From NCBI RefSeq assembly GCF_046119375.1, contig NW_027362876.1, forward strand, positions 2,852,001 through 2,916,000: a DNA stretch of 64,000 bases, in the 5' to 3' direction. The position numbers were made by a program, and so were the translations under genes. The notes under the pieces were generated by a model. It ran no database searches, was not told the origin of the DNA, and saw only the letters and a program-made list of their open reading frames with translations. Within the stretch, counting starts at the first letter, position 1. Every line of letters begins with the position of its first letter. This DNA is from Phyllobates terribilis. Its lineage: Eukaryota. Positions 1 through 13,970 of this stretch are shown here, one piece after another.

Positions 1-58
1 GAGAACCCAGATACTCGAGTGATATCCAGGTATAACCGAGCGCATTCGCTCATCCCTA
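1..58. mobile_element. Right end of a hAT-type MITE, cut by the window edge
   Basis: Ends ...TTCGCTCATCCCTA, the same terminal motif as the two 8-bp-TSD MITEs at 24024 and 25918. Confidence 0.5.
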
Positions 59-87
59 ATGCAGACATAAAACACTCTTTCAATTAT

Positions 88-735
88 TCAAAATCCCTCA
101 TAACATTCGTTGGCTAAACCTTGATATCCGCCCCGTACGTGTGAGGTCAGTAAGAGGTTTAGCAATCGGAAAAAACCCCTAAGAAATATCTTATAATAGT
201 TGGCGAATCCTAGAAAACGTTGCCACACTTTCAGGTCACTAGGTTGGACCCAATCTATTATGGCTTTCACCTTCCCAGGATCCATCGTAAACCCATCAGC
301 CGATAAAATGACCCCAAGAATGAAACTTCCTGAACAGAAAAAAATTCTCAATTTTAGCAAACTAAGAATTTTTTGAGCAGTGCAATTTTTTTTAAACATG
401 CAGCGTCAAACTCGCAGCAAATCCTGATCGTGAGCACATATCCTAATACTACACGGACATATTCCTGGTGAGAAATCCAAGTCAGGCAAAAAAATCATCA
501 CTGTAAATCACAACAAATCTCCCAATGTAATCAGAGAAATATCATTCAGAAAGTTGTGAAATCCTGTTGGTGCACTGGAGAATCTGAATGGGAGGACGAG
601 ATTATCGAATAAATCCTCAGACGATAAAGACGCCGTTTTCCACTCATCACCCTTCTTGCTGAGAATCAAATTGTAAGAACCATTAGGTTCAAGGTTAGGA
701 AAGCATTTAGCCCCCAAAAGCTGATTATAGTTACG
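88..735 (-). mobile_element. pol: Degenerate Ty3/gypsy pol fragment (RT)
   Basis: Minus frames give GDEWKTA..VLPFRFSSAPTGF, GRFVVIYSDD (YxDD) and MDPGKVKAIIDWVQPSDLK..QRFLGFANYY, with frameshifts. Confidence 0.8.
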
Positions 736-2082
736 GCTCTGCACGGCATACACCTCGTACACATACGGCTCCGCTCCGTACACCTCGTACACACATGGCT
801 CCGCTCCGTACACCTCATACGCGCGCGGCTCCGCACACCTCGTCGCGCGTGGCTCGGCTCTGTACACCTCGTACACACGCGGCTCCACTCCGTACACCTC
901 GTACATGCGCGGCTCCGCTCCATACACCTCGTACACACAAGGCTCCGCTCCGTACACCTCGTACGCGCGCGGCTGCGCTCCGTACACCTCGTACAAGCGC
1001 GGCTCCGCTCCGTACACTTCGTACACACGTGGCTCCACTCCGTACACCTCGTACACGCGCAGCTCCGCTCCGTACACCTTGTACACACACAGCTCCGCTC
1101 CGTACACCTCGTACGCACATCTCCGCTCCGTACACCTCGTACTCGCGTGGCTCCGCTCCTTACACTTCGTACACACACGCGGCTCCGCACACCTCGTACA
1201 CATGTGGCTCCGTTCCGTACACCTCGTACACACACACGGCTCCGCTCTGCACACCTCATACACATGCGGCACTGCTCCGTAAACCTCGTACACGTGCGGC
1301 TCTGCTCCATACAAACACGGCTCTGCTTCGTAAACCTCATACACTCACGGCTCCCCTCCTTATATGTCACAAATACACGGCTCCGCTCGGTACACCTCGT
1401 ACGCGCGCGGCTCCGCTCCGTACACCTCGTGCATGTGCGGCTCTGCTCCTTACACCTCGTACACCCGCGGCTCTGCTCCCTACACCTCGTACACCCGCGG
1501 CTCTGCTCCCTACACCTCCTACACACGCGGCTCTGCTCCCTACACCTCGTACACACGCGGCTCTGCTCCCTACACCTCGTACACGCGCGGCTTGGCTCCG
1601 TACACCTCGTACACGTGCAGCTCTGCTCCGTACACCTCATACACACACGGCTCCGCTCCGTACACCTCGTACACATGCGGCTCTGCTCTGTACACCTCGT
1701 ACACGCACGGCTCCGCTCTGTACACCTCGTACACGCACGGCTCCGCTCTGTACACCTCGTACACGCACGGCTCCGCTCTGTACACCTCGTACACGCACGG
1801 CTCCGTACACCTCGTACACACGCGGCTCCGCTCCGTACATCTCGTACACACGCGGCTCCGCTCCGTACACCTCGTACACACGCGGCTCTGCTCCGTACAC
1901 CTCGTACACACGCGGCTCAGCTCCATACACCTCGTACACACGCGGCTCTGCTCCGTACACCTCGTACACACGCGGCTCTGCTCCGTACACCTCGTACACA
2001 CGCGGCTCCGCTCCGTACTCCTCGTACACACGCGGCTCCGCTCCGTACACCTCGTACACACACGGCTCTGCTCCGTACACAC
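735..2082. repeat. CpG-rich 30-bp minisatellite, about 45 units
   Basis: Unit ACACCTCGTACACACGCGGCTCCGCTCCGT, which translates as the 10-aa repeat YTRGSAPYTS; some units are shortened. Confidence 0.95.
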
Positions 2083-3755
2083 TGTAAACCCCTCCTGACC
2101 CCACACATAAACTTCAGCTCATCCAGCACCATGACAACCAGCACAGCAGAGTCCTGCATCCACTGAGGCCCCTGATCATGTGACCCCTGACTCCTCCCCT
2201 CCTGTGACCTCATCACAGCTCCTGTGCGCACAGAGCAGCCATATATGTGGTGGCGGCTCTGCAGGTGGAGGTATGTGGAGACCCCCATTACTGGGCGCAG
2301 GGGGCATTAACCCCTTCAGCACGGAGACTCTTTTGGGGTCTCTGTGTGGTGTGAACAGTGAGGTAACAGCTGTGGACAGAATGCGGCTTAGCTGGTTCCC
2401 GTCCACATTAGATCCATTCAGACGACTGCAGGATGAAGGACAGAAGCCCAGAGAAGTCCTCACACAACGCCATTATTCCTCTCCTAGCTCCAGCACAGTA
2501 ATGTAGATACTAGTGATGACATTCGGGGGATTTGCAGGAATATGTGGCAGATATTTGCTGGATCTTCTGCTTTCTGGACCGCTTCCTCCTGTAAGTCCTA
2601 TGAAACAACCCAGACGATCCTGTCAGGTCTGTGACGTGAGATCCATCAGCTGTCGGCACAAGCAGCGTTTCATGGGGAGGGAGTTGTGGTGTGAACACGC
2701 TCCTGTTTACACCTTACGGGGCCAGACGCTTTCTATAAGCCGGCGTCATGTCCATTGGGTGTTCCTTATATAGTGATTGTCACATGACAACAAGATCACG
2801 AATGTCAGAACCAATACACACACGTTACATAAAGGTAAGAAATGACAAAAGAAACAACAAAAATGGGAAAGAAACAACAACCACCACACGCCCATATGAT
2901 ATGCTACCACCCAAAGCACTAAATAATATATCCTCACTTATCCCCATTCTTCATGCTGTGCGGTGGCCTTTTTTTGATTCCCGCACCACACTATGTTCCT
3001 GCCATACCTGCATCCCCAATTTTCTTTTGTAACATTTTAACACCTGGGTTGTTTTAGTGTTTTTTTATATACTATATGGAAGAATGGAAAAAATAAAATA
3101 TTTCCAGAGAAAAAAAATACATTGTACAGGGAGATATTGGCATCAAATAACTCCTGTCTTGGTGTTCTTATAAACAAGCTTTTATAAAAGCCTCAAACAT
3201 CTGTGTGTGAATCAGACCTGAGATCTAACGTGATAGATTACAGTCCGGTGAAGACAGGAAACATTCATATAGACAGACGGTGGAGATGTAGTCAGTGACG
3301 GACTCTGGCCAAATATGTTTCTAGAGCCGTAGTAGAAGATGAAGATGTCGTCCTCATCATAAAGTCGTTATTTCTCATGTCACGTGTAATGAATATCTCC
3401 TGCAGTATTGCTAATGACCAATTCCAGTGTACGTAAATGAGCCGAAAATTAGCAATAAGGAAGATGAGTCTATGAGAAATGTATGCAGCTGCAGACTCCG
3501 AGGAAGAAACTGCTTGTTGTCTGTGGCCTAAAATATATAGGTTTTATTACTAGATGTAAAGAAGAAAACTAAATACTGTAAAATAATAAATCTCCTCATA
3601 TGTTTCCCCTTATTATCTCCAGTAATTGTATTATTACACAGGATTTTTATGATGTTACATCGGCTCATCTTCTTCTCATTGAGGTCTCTACAATATCGGA
3701 TCCTCTCAGTGAAGATCGTCTATATAAGAGAATTTTCCTGATTTACCCATCAAAG

Positions 3756-6700
3756 ATGGATATGGACAGAGACAAGATGGCGGAGAGGATATTACACCTC
3801 ACCCTAGAGATCCTCTTCCGGCTTACTGGAGAGGTGAGAGATTCTGATGACGTCACATTACATCATTCTTATCTATGGGAATAACAGATGGACAGAACTG
3901 GAGAGGTGAGGACTCTGGAAATGTCTGGAGTGAGATTTATTAATGTGTCTCTCCATAACCAGGATTACTCAGTAGTGAAGAAGACCTCTAGTGAGCGCCG
4001 TCAGGACACTGTGTCTGAGGGATGGGAAAGAACCCAGAGCCCAATCACTGGGCCTCCACCTCTCCCCCTGATTCATGAGGACATCAATGACCATAAGATC
4101 CTAGAACTCACCTACAAGATGATTGAGCTGCTGACTGGAGAGGTGACACTGCTGGGAATACTGGGACATTATACAGTAACGCTATGAAGGGATCAGGGGG
4201 GATGACTGTATCATTGTATGTGTCAGGTTCCTATACGGTGTCAAGATGCCACTGTCTATTTCTCCATGGAGAAGTGGGAGTATTTAGAAGGACACAAAGA
4301 TCTGTACAAAGACGTCATGACAGAGGTTCCCCAGCCCCTCACATCACCAGGTAATAGACAGGACTAAATACACACGGCCTATATTTATCTGTATGTAAAG
4401 AATGAATTCAGCCCCTGTATGTGTTTCCTCCAGTTTTATCCAGTAAGAGGACAACACCAGGGAGATGTCCCTATCCTCTTCTTCTGCAGGACTGTAAACA
4501 AGAAGACCCCAATGTTCCTCAGGATCATCAGGTAGATGGAGAGAAGGTGTCATGAGATCTCCCCTATGATGTGTAGACGGCTGTGAAGGTCTTGTGCTCA
4601 GTCTTGTTTTATCCACCAGTATTATATGTTTTATACTTGTGTAATGAGAACGGTGGAGATGGCAGGATTAGAGCTGATCATAGATGTGATTTCTCCATCT
4701 GTCTGTGACTTTTACAATATTTTTTTCAGGGTGAAGATCTGACCCATATTATTACTACAGAGACATATGTGAGGGGTGATGAGCGGTGTAAAGAGGAGAT
4801 TCCTACATATGACTACCCAGGTGAGTAGTAACCACTAAATGCAGAGAAGTCACAGATTCTTCTCAGTCAGCGGCTGTGGCTGCTTTATTGGTGGTGTAGT
4901 CTGGCCGTATCACAATCGTGTGATCACCATTTTGCCGCTAGACCACAACATTCTCACCCACCAAAAATTGTTCAAATGACTTTAGGAATTGAAAGCCCTT
5001 TTCTATAGAGCTTACAACCTGGAGGATCCACCTACTCACTGGGATTAGAAGACGCTGACCCTTACCTGACCAGATCTGTAAACTACAAAGCCAAAATTAC
5101 AGCATACGTAGAATGTACTGACAAGTTAGAAAATCACTTGAAGAAAAATATTATGATGAATCTGTAAGAGAAAGCGGAGGGTAATGATGCTGTTGGCTTC
5201 CTAGATCCCTGATATCTTATTGGATGAATCTACCTTCTCTCCCTTCTGTGCTGCTGAATGTGCTCATATGGTTCCTACATGTTCCTACATGACCAGGTCC
5301 AGTCTTTCTGGCCAAACTTCACTTTTATGATCGACAGCATTAAATGTGCAGTGAGGGCCAAGAACGGATTTCTGTACAAAAACAGCAGAGTTTCCCTTTA
5401 TCCTGACTTTTCAATTTCTTTTTAACCCAACTAACTTCAAACAGGATCATGATAAACTATACAGAAAACATTACACCTGTGCCATGATATATCTCTAAGC
5501 TGTGCGTGGCTGATGGCTGTAATATACATTTATTCACACCTGCAGGAGATGTGTTGGCATGGCTCGAGCCCTGGTTTCATGGATTCGCTCCACGTCATAA
5601 ATTCCATTATGTTTTCAATCCTAAAGAATTCAGATTACTGCACAATCTCTCCTGAAATGGGGGCACTAATACTTTCTCTACTCTTCTGGTCAGGATTCAT
5701 AGTAGCTCCAATGGTCCACCATAAATGAGTGCAACTCCGGTTTAGTAATGGAGTTCTCCCCTCATACATACGTTGTTGTTGGGGATGTAACATATTTTTT
5801 TATGTCTTTTTTTTAACAGGTTCATTCTGTATGATAGTTTGATTGTGGTGGGATCGGCCGGCCTCACTTATGTGAGACTGTAACTCCCTAGTAGTCTTTA
5901 TAAAAAGATCTCCATTACTTCTTCCAAATGCCCGAGATCTAAATTTAAGACACCTCAGCTCTGCACTATTATAAAAAGTTCTCTTTAAATGTCTAATTTT
6001 TTTTCTTGAAACTCATCTGATAGAAAATATTGGCCCTTACGATAATTTAGATTCCCAAGAGCCTCCGAGCCCCATACTCTAATTACCCCAGAAAGGTTTC
6101 ACCACTAGTTACTCTTTATTTTTTTCTGAAGAATACAGTTCAGCTTCATCATTTCGGTAGTTGTGTTATTGGCTTTGGTCACAGTTTTGCCCATCACCCT
6201 TTAACTTTTTTAACCCCTCCATATGGATCTGGACTTACTTAGAGACCTCTAGGCTTGGGCCACGGTGTTACCTACTGGTCTGTGGAGTGAGATGGGAAGG
6301 AGAATAATCAAGTAGACGGATCGCTATCAGGAGGGCAGAGAAAATACAAAATCAATAGACACAAGAGTGGTCAGTAAACGGGCCGGGGTCACAACTGGAA
6401 ACAAATACACAAGCTGGGAGCTGAGCACAGAGGACTGAACCAGAGGAGAACAAGGCTGTATCTGGTAGCTTATAGCAATATGCTTTAAGATTTAGTAGGG
6501 TGCGGTGCTTTCCCATTGGCTGAAGTAGGGAGCAGATTACGTCAGCTGGACAGCACACACACCCATACTGCCAGACTGGATGGTAATACTGGTCCCAGGC
6601 ACCCTAATCTTAGGGGCTGGACAGAGCCAGAGCTTTTGATTCTGATATCTCCTCCATCACCAACGCCGCCTGCAAAATGAATAAGGCGGCTCCTGCTGCG

Positions 6701-8015
6701 AGAAGCAGACGTCGCAGGAGCTGATCCCAGAGAAAATGGGACACACCAATTGCAGAAGTTCTAATATGACAAAATGGTAGAAATCCCCATAGAGTAGTGA
6801 CGATTTTGACTTCACAGCCACTTTCCGGAAATTAGCACGCCGCGGATGTTGGAGAGTGAAAATAGCAAATCTGCCATTTTATTGCCCAACACATAGTGCC
6901 GAGATTGTGCTCCAGGAGACACACACACCGTAAATTAAGTCTATTAGACTGTGAACTGTCATTGTCTTGGTGAATAATACAATATTTTTACATAACTTGC
7001 CATTTCTACGGACAATTTAAGTAGAAATATTCAAAAATATAAAATTCAAGGATATTTTATTAAAAAATAACAATTTGTTTTATTCTTAGCAGATGACTGT
7101 ACCAAGAGATCAGAGGAACAGCTGACATCGTCTTCAATTTTTAAATGGTATGAGCTTGATATTACACAGGATACAACTGAAGTGAATGCCATTACTCCAG
7201 ATATACCATCATCCCTTCACAGCAAAGATCTGTCATCTGATCCTATGAAACAGGTTATATCTTCTGATTCATTACCGACTACTAAGGAAATTCAAAGTCA
7301 CAAAATAAGCATTAAAAAACGAACTGCTCCCAAAGCAAAGAAGCCATTTTCACATTCAGAATATGGAAATGGTTATCCCCTCTTTCCCCTTTATTTTCTT
7401 AAACATCAAAAAAATCACACAGTGAAGAATAGATTTTCTTGTTCCTGGTGTGGGAGATGTTTTAACCAGAAATCAGATCTTGTTAGGCACCAGAGAACTC
7501 ACTCAGGGGAGAAGCCATTTTCATGTTCAGAATGTGGGAAATATTTTATCCAGAAATTGAATCTTGTTATACACCAGAGAACTCACACAGGGGAGAAGCC
7601 TTTTTCATGTTCAGAATGTGGGAAATGTTTTAACCATAAATCAGTTTTGGTGAATCACCAGAGAACCCACACAGGGGAGAAGCCTTTTTACTGTTTAGAA
7701 TGTGGGAAATGTTTTAACCAAAAATCAGCTTTGGTTAAGCACAAGAGAACCCACACGGCGGAGAAGCCTTTTTCCTGTTCAGAATGTGGGAACTGTTTTA
7801 ACCAGAAATCAGATTTGGTTAGTCACCAGAGAACCCACACAGGGGAGAAGCCTTTTTCATGTTCAGAATGTGGGAAATGTTTTGTATTCAAATTTTACCT
7901 TGTTAGTCACCAGAGAACTCACACAGGAGAGAAGCCTTTTTCATGTTCGGAATGTGGGAAATGTTTTGTATGCAAATCCCACCTTGCTAGTCACCAGAGA
8001 ACTCACACAGGGTAG
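3756..8015 (+). CDS. FAX/KRAB-like C2H2 zinc-finger gene 1 (XlCOF/XlCGF-type), 498 aa, 7 fingers, ending at a premature TAG
   Basis: Exons 3756-3833, 3963-4142, 4227-4350, 4434-4531, 4730-4820, 7090-8015. All introns are GT-AG, phases are consistent, total 1497 nt. Motifs: [15 protein letters not shown] and [15 protein letters not shown] boxes, KRAB-A-like [18 protein letters not shown], and [15 protein letters not shown] fingers. Confidence 0.88.
4227..4350 (+). CDS. ZNF gene 1 exon 3 (KRAB-A-like box)
   Basis: tgtcag|GTTCCT...CACCAG|gtaata; [31 protein letters not shown]. Confidence 0.88.
6200..6750 (-). mobile_element. LTR-like fragment in intron 5 of ZNF gene 1, also present in gene 2 at about 49135-49740
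   Basis: Homologous inverted copy (ORFs 6352..6558 and 49339..49545 are similar); the LTR origin is judged from sequence character only. Confidence 0.4.
7090..8015 (+). CDS. ZNF gene 1 last exon (7 C2H2 fingers)
   Basis: Acceptor ttcttag|CAGATGAC; open to HTG-TAG at 8013-8015. Confidence 0.9.
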
Positions 8016-8537
8016 AAGCCATTTTCATGTTCAGAGTGTGGGAAAAGTTGTAACCAGAAGTCAGATTTCATTAAGCACCAGAGAACCCACACAGGGGAAA
8101 AGCCTTTTTCTTGCTCAGAATGTGGAAAATGTTTTGTATGCAATTCACACCTTGTTAGTCACCAGAGAACTCACACAGGGGAGAAGCATTTTTCATGTTC
8201 AGAGTGTGGGAAACGTTTTAACCACAAGTCAGATTTCATTAAGCACCAGAGAACCCACACAGGGGAAAAGCCTTTTTCTTGCTCAGAATGTGGAAAATGT
8301 TTTAACCAGAAGGTGCATCTTGATAGCCACCAGAGAACTCACACAGGGAAGAAGTATTTTCCATGTTCAGAATGTGGGAAATGTTTTATCCAGAAATGGA
8401 ATCTTGTTATATACCAGAGAATCCACACAGGAGAGAAGCCTTTTTCATGTTTAGAATGTGGAAAATGTTTTAACCAGAAATCGCATTTTGTTAGACACCA
8501 GAGGACCCACACAGGGAAAAAGCCTTTTTCCTGTTCA
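8016..8537 (+). pseudogene. Six further in-frame C2H2 fingers stranded behind the premature stop of ZNF gene 1
   Basis: Same frame as 7182..8015, no stops until the CR1 junction; one finger has His replaced by Tyr. Confidence 0.9.
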
Positions 8538-10109
8538 TAGAATCATAGAATGTTAGAGTTGGAAGGGACGTCCAGAGTCATCGTGTCCAGCCTCCTGCTC
8601 TTTGCAGGATTTACCAAACCAGCTCAGACAGATGCCTGTCCAGACTCTGTTTGAAGACTTCCATTGAAGGAGAGCTCACCACCTTTTGTGGCAGCCTGTT
8701 CCACTCATTGAACACCCTCACTGTCAAAATGTTTTTTCTAATATCTAGTCTGTATCCTCTCCCTTTCAGTTTCATTCCATTGCTTCTCGTGTTTCCATGT
8801 GCAAATGAGTGTAACTACACTGTGACATCCCTTCAGATATTTGTAGACCGCTTTTAAGACTCGTCTCAGCCTTCATTTTTGCTAGCTTAACATTCCCAAA
8901 TCCTTTAACCTTTCCTCATAGGCCATAGTTTGCAGTCCTTTCGCCATTTTGGTCGCTCTTCTTTGAACTTGCTCCAGTTTTTCAATGTCCTTTTTAAAAT
9001 GTGGTTCCCAGAACTAGACACTATTCCAGATGAGGCCTGACCAAGGAGGAGTACACAGTGATAACTACTTCACGTGATCTAGACTATGCTTCTCTTAATA
9101 CATCCCAGAACTGTATTTGCCTTTTTTGCTGCTGCAGCACACTGTTGACTCAAGTGTTAAAAAGGGCTGTTGCTTAGTTCTATTCCTCCCATTCTGTAAC
9201 TGTAATTTTCCTTTTCCTTGCACAGATGTAGAATCTTGCATTTCTCCCTGTTAATTACCATTTTATTAGTCGCTGCCCATTGTTCAAACTTATCTAGATC
9301 CTTCAGAATCCTTACTCTGTCTTCTCTAGTGTTCGCTATCCCTCCTAGTTTTGCATCATCTGCAAATTTGATTACTTTACCTTCAGTTCCCTTATCTAGA
9401 TCATCTATAAAAATGTTGAACAACATTGGGGCCAGGACAGAGGCTTGTGGTACCCCACTTGAAACACTCTTCCAATTGGATGACCAATCATTTTTACCAC
9501 TCTTTGCGTACGATCACTGAGCCAGTTATGAATCCACCTAACCGTAGCCTTGTCAATCTCATACTTGGTCATTTTTTCAATAAGGATAGTATGGATAGTA
9601 TGAGATACTTTATCAAATGGTTTGCTGCCGTTGAGATTTATTATATCTACCGCATTTCCCTGATCCAGCCTCACAGTGATTTCATCATAGTAGGGAATTA
9701 GATTAGTCTGATATAACTTGTTTGCTACAAATCCATGCTGGCTCTGGTTCATTACTGTATTTTTTATCCAAGTACTTGCATACATGCTGTTTAATTATTT
9801 GTTCAAAGATCTTTCCTGGTATAGAAGTAAGGCTCACTGGCCTGTAATTTCTAGGCTCCATCTTCTTTCCTTTTTTGAAGATAGGAACAACATTTGCCCT
9901 TCTCCAATCTTCTGGGATGTCTCCTACAGGATTTTTCAAAGATTCTGGCTAGTGGTTCTGCAATTTACTATGCTAACTCTTTAATACCCTAGGATGTAAT
10001 TTATCTGGACCACAGCTTCTAATCTTAATCAGCCAGACGTTTAGATTTGTTAAGCCAGGAGAAATACACTATTATCTTTGTTGACTTTTGAATGTGTGTG
10101 TTTCTTTGG

Positions 10110-10868
10110 CTAATAATAATAATTTTTATTTATATAGCGCCAACATATTCCGCAGCACTTTATAATTAAGTAGGGACATGTACAGACAATAAAAACAATA
10201 CAATGTATGACATTTCAACAGTCATATGAGGAATGAGGGCCCTGCTCGCAAGCTTACAATCTATATGGAAATAGGGGGACACAATAGGTAGAACATGGTC
10301 ATCAGCCAGTATCAGTATCTAAGTGCAGTTACTGTGTGCCATTGGTTGCATGGAGGATGCGGAGACAGATGAATAGGCAGGAGCAGATTAAGATGAACAT
10401 TTAGAAGGGAACGGGAGAGTTAGGTTAGTGAGTTGAGGTGATAGGTTTGTCCAAACAGATGTGTTTTTAAAGCACGTTTGAAAACATGGGGGCTAGATAT
10501 TAGTTGAATCGTTTGAGGTAGTGCATTCCAGGAAACTGGCGCAGCATGAGAGAAGTCTTGGAGACGGATTAAGTGAAGTTCGGATTAAGGAGGATGTTAG
10601 TCTTAGATCAGTTGCAGAATGGAGGGCACGGGAAGGGTGATAGACAGAAATGAGGGAAGAGATATAGGGCGGTGCAGAACTGTGGAGAGCTTTGTGGGTG
10701 AGAAAGATGAGTTTTTATTGTATTCTGTAGTAAATGGGTAACCAGTGTAATGACTGGCACAGGGTAGAGGCGTCAGTGAAGCGGACTGATAGAAATGCTA
10801 CCCTGGCTGCTGCATTAAGAATGGACTGGAGAGGAGTTTGTTTAGAGGGAGGGCTGGTCAAGAAGGAC
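10110..10868 (-). mobile_element. L2 LINE 3' fragment
   Basis: Minus frame LQSILNAAARVAF..LCQSLHWLP and the remaining L2 C-terminus; (AAT)n tail with ATTTATATAGCGCCAACATATTCCGCAGC. Confidence 0.8.
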
Positions 10869-11732
10869 AGTGACTCAGTGTTTGGGAACAATGATGTTTG
10901 TTGCTATGCTAATTGCATATTGTACTAACCCAGCTGGTTTATTTACAAGAGCAGAGGGATAAGCTCAAACAGTGAGACCTGAGTGAGCCCTGCACCTTCC
11001 CCTCAACTTGTGACTAATAACCCTAGCCACATATGTAAATATAAAAAGGGTTTTCTATGCTGCTGCAAAGAGAATCAAGGAGAATCAGAGAGACATTCCT
11101 CAGGACAGAAGATGGATAGCATGGCTCCATCCAGAGAGACATAGATTTGGATTCTACAGGTTTGCAGCCTAAAAGTATATAGTACTGACTGGAAGGATGC
11201 AGATCTGCTCCATTGACCATCAGAGAATTCATGGATACTTTTGGGGATCAGGGTAGGGATAATGAGGTCACCTGGCCCCATGGATATATTGTTTGGGCTT
11301 GCCAGGTGGGACCCTACATCGCCTGTAACCCATGGAGACATTCGGAGAAGCCAGATTGGGACCAGCCGTTCATCTGGCCCAATGGAAACTCGGAGAGGTC
11401 AGGGTGGGACCCTCGGGTCTCCTGGCCTTGTACCTCGATGGACTGTCAGCTTTCTAAGCTTGCCGCTACCTCCTCTCTGTGGGGACCCGCCAAAAGTGAG
11501 GGGCCACTAGTTGAGGTAGTTGGCCCTGGAAATCCCAAAGTCGCAGCTGCTCTATTCTCGACAGGCCAGTGGAAGGGTGAGACAGTAATTTTGCAACATC
11601 TCGGATATTTTCTCGGACTGTTCTATATGTTTGTCTGTTTAGTGGTTCAATAAAATATTGCCACACTGTTTTACCCTCACCCTGTCTTGTCTGAGTAGTA
11701 TTATGCCCATGGAAGACCCTCGGATCTTCACA
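10869..11732 (+). mobile_element. Probable solo LTR interrupting the CR1 (may begin near 10013 and be split by the L2)
   Basis: TATAAAA at about 11040, AATAAA at about 11649, ends ...TCTTCACA exactly where CR1 coding resumes; 5' end and TSD not resolved. Confidence 0.45.
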
Positions 11733-12536
11733 CTCACCATCTCTCTGTTTATAGATAATGTGGATTCTTGTATTCCTTCAATAGCACCATGAAGATCAGT
11801 TGATGTTACAATTTCTTTCTTAAAGAAGACGTATACAAAATAGGAATTTAAAAGTTCAGCCTTCTCAACATAATTTTTGACCAATTCACCCTGTTCATCC
11901 TGTAAAAATTCTATAGCATCTGACTTTTCTTTTGTTTTGACATACCCCCAAAATCCATTTTTATTGCTTTTGGTCTCCCTTGCAAGCCTCACTTCATTAC
12001 TGGCTTTAACTCTTCTAATGCTTGCCCTGCATTACCTGCAAACAGCATTACATTCTTTAGATATGCCCCCCTCTTTCCATTCAATATACACTTCTTTTTT
12101 CCTTTTTAACAAGTGTTTCAGTTCTGTGTATATCCATCCTGGTCTCTTTAAATGCTTCCAATTCTTTCTTCTTTTCAGGATTGTTACTGTGCAGTGAGAA
12201 TTTCATTTAGCAAAATCTCCCCTCATTGGACATTTCTGTCTTTTAGAACATCCAGTCATTGAACCTTTCTGAGTCCATTAAAATCTGCCTTTCTGAAGTC
12301 CAACCTTAAAGTCTGAGTCCTCGCTGTATTCCATTCATGTGTATCATCCCACCAACTTTCAGTGATGTCTATGACATCATATCTCTCTTCCTTTGTTAGC
12401 AGCTCCAATTCTCCTTGTTTGTTTCTCATGCTCTGTGTATTTGTATAGGCACATTTTAGTTTGTAGTCGGTTTCTCTTGCTCTTCTATTTTCAATCAGAA
12501 TTTGTTGTTTTTGTTCTTTATTTCCATTTCTAATAG

Positions 12537-12719
<183 letters not shown>

Positions 12720-13521
12720 AAATTGTATCTTCTTAAATGAATTGTCCACTTTTAGAACAACCCTCATGTTTGTCATTGTTAAAAGTGACGCCAGCAATGA
12801 TTGGGCGCAGGGCTCACATAACACAAGTACTGATACAGCTGGAACGGCACCAGCATGCGAGGATTGTAATAATAATCATTATTTTTATATAGCGGCCTCA
12901 TATTCCGCAGCACTTTACATACATATCATTTATCCATTATGTATATATTCAATGTGTTCATTAATAGAGATTTAAAACCTTAGTTATATATAGGTTTATC
13001 AAAAGATCATAGCATGACTGAAAAGTAGACAGATGTTATCTTTGCAGTTAGAAACAACTGACGTTCTGAGATATGTGTAGACAGTAACCGTATCTTTTGA
13101 AACACAGTATGCTTAGAATATTATCTATAGTCGGCAGCGAGTATTAGTGTTAACTGCCTGTCATATCTGATTGTGTATATTTTGCATTGCCTGTATAAGC
13201 TTGATCGGAATGAATTGGCGTCAGACGGCCTGCTGAGTATCTCACTTGTCTCTTTGTTAACAAACAAAATAAACAGATTTTTACTCCAGAATTCAGATTA
13301 TCTTTTTTTGGAAAATAGAACATGTCACTTCTTTCAGTGTTTTTACAGCAGAAAACACACCTGCGTTTTTGCATTGTTTTTTCACCCATAGGAAGTAATG
13401 GGTGGTCAAAAAAACACAGCAAAAAAACCTGTGTTTTTTTAAACAGCTGTTTTCCTACCAGAGAAAAGATAGCAGCAGATTTGCATCAGAAAAAAACACA
13501 ACGTGTGTGAACATAGCCTAA

Positions 13522-13970
13522 GGGTTTACATTTCAGCAATACAATGATTCCAAACACACAGCCAAGGAAACTCTCAATTGGTTTCAGATAAAAAATAAAG
13601 CTGCTAGAATGACCCAGCCAATCAGTTGACCTTAATCCAATAGAAAATTTATGGAAGTAACTGAAACGCAGAGTTCATAGAAATAGCCCACGGGACCTTC
13701 AGGATTTGAATAGTGCTTGTGTGGAAGAATGGGCCAAAATCACACCTGAGCAATGCATGCGACTAGTTTCTCCATACAGAAGGCGTATTGAAGCTGTCAT
13801 CACCAACAAAGGCTTTTGTATGTAGTATTAAAATAATTGCAGACGGCAACTTCAATACTCTTTTCCTGTGTCATTTCTCATAACTTAATTTACGGACATC
13901 TATGGTTTGATTTCTTTGCCTGTTTGGATTACATTGGTTGTTACCGTCATCTGCTGAGAATTTCATCAAA
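13522..13970 (+). mobile_element. Tc1-family transposase 3' fragment
   Basis: [53 protein letters not shown], with stops. Confidence 0.85.

Noticed and set aside
735-2082. CRISPR-like appearance of regular repeats
   Set aside because: Units are contiguous with no unique spacers, there are no cas genes, and the context is eukaryotic.
508-2166. Many long overlapping ORFs (up to 430 aa) on both strands
   Set aside because: They are translations of a 30-bp minisatellite that lacks stop codons in most frames; no evidence of a gene.
3600-4187. ORFs 3600..3884 and 3888..4187 (also 51844..52143) as standalone genes
   Set aside because: They are ZNF exons read through into flanking introns.
7702-8454. 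250-aa repetitive ORF (and similar ones at 47316-47882)
   Set aside because: Alternative-frame shadow of the C2H2 array.
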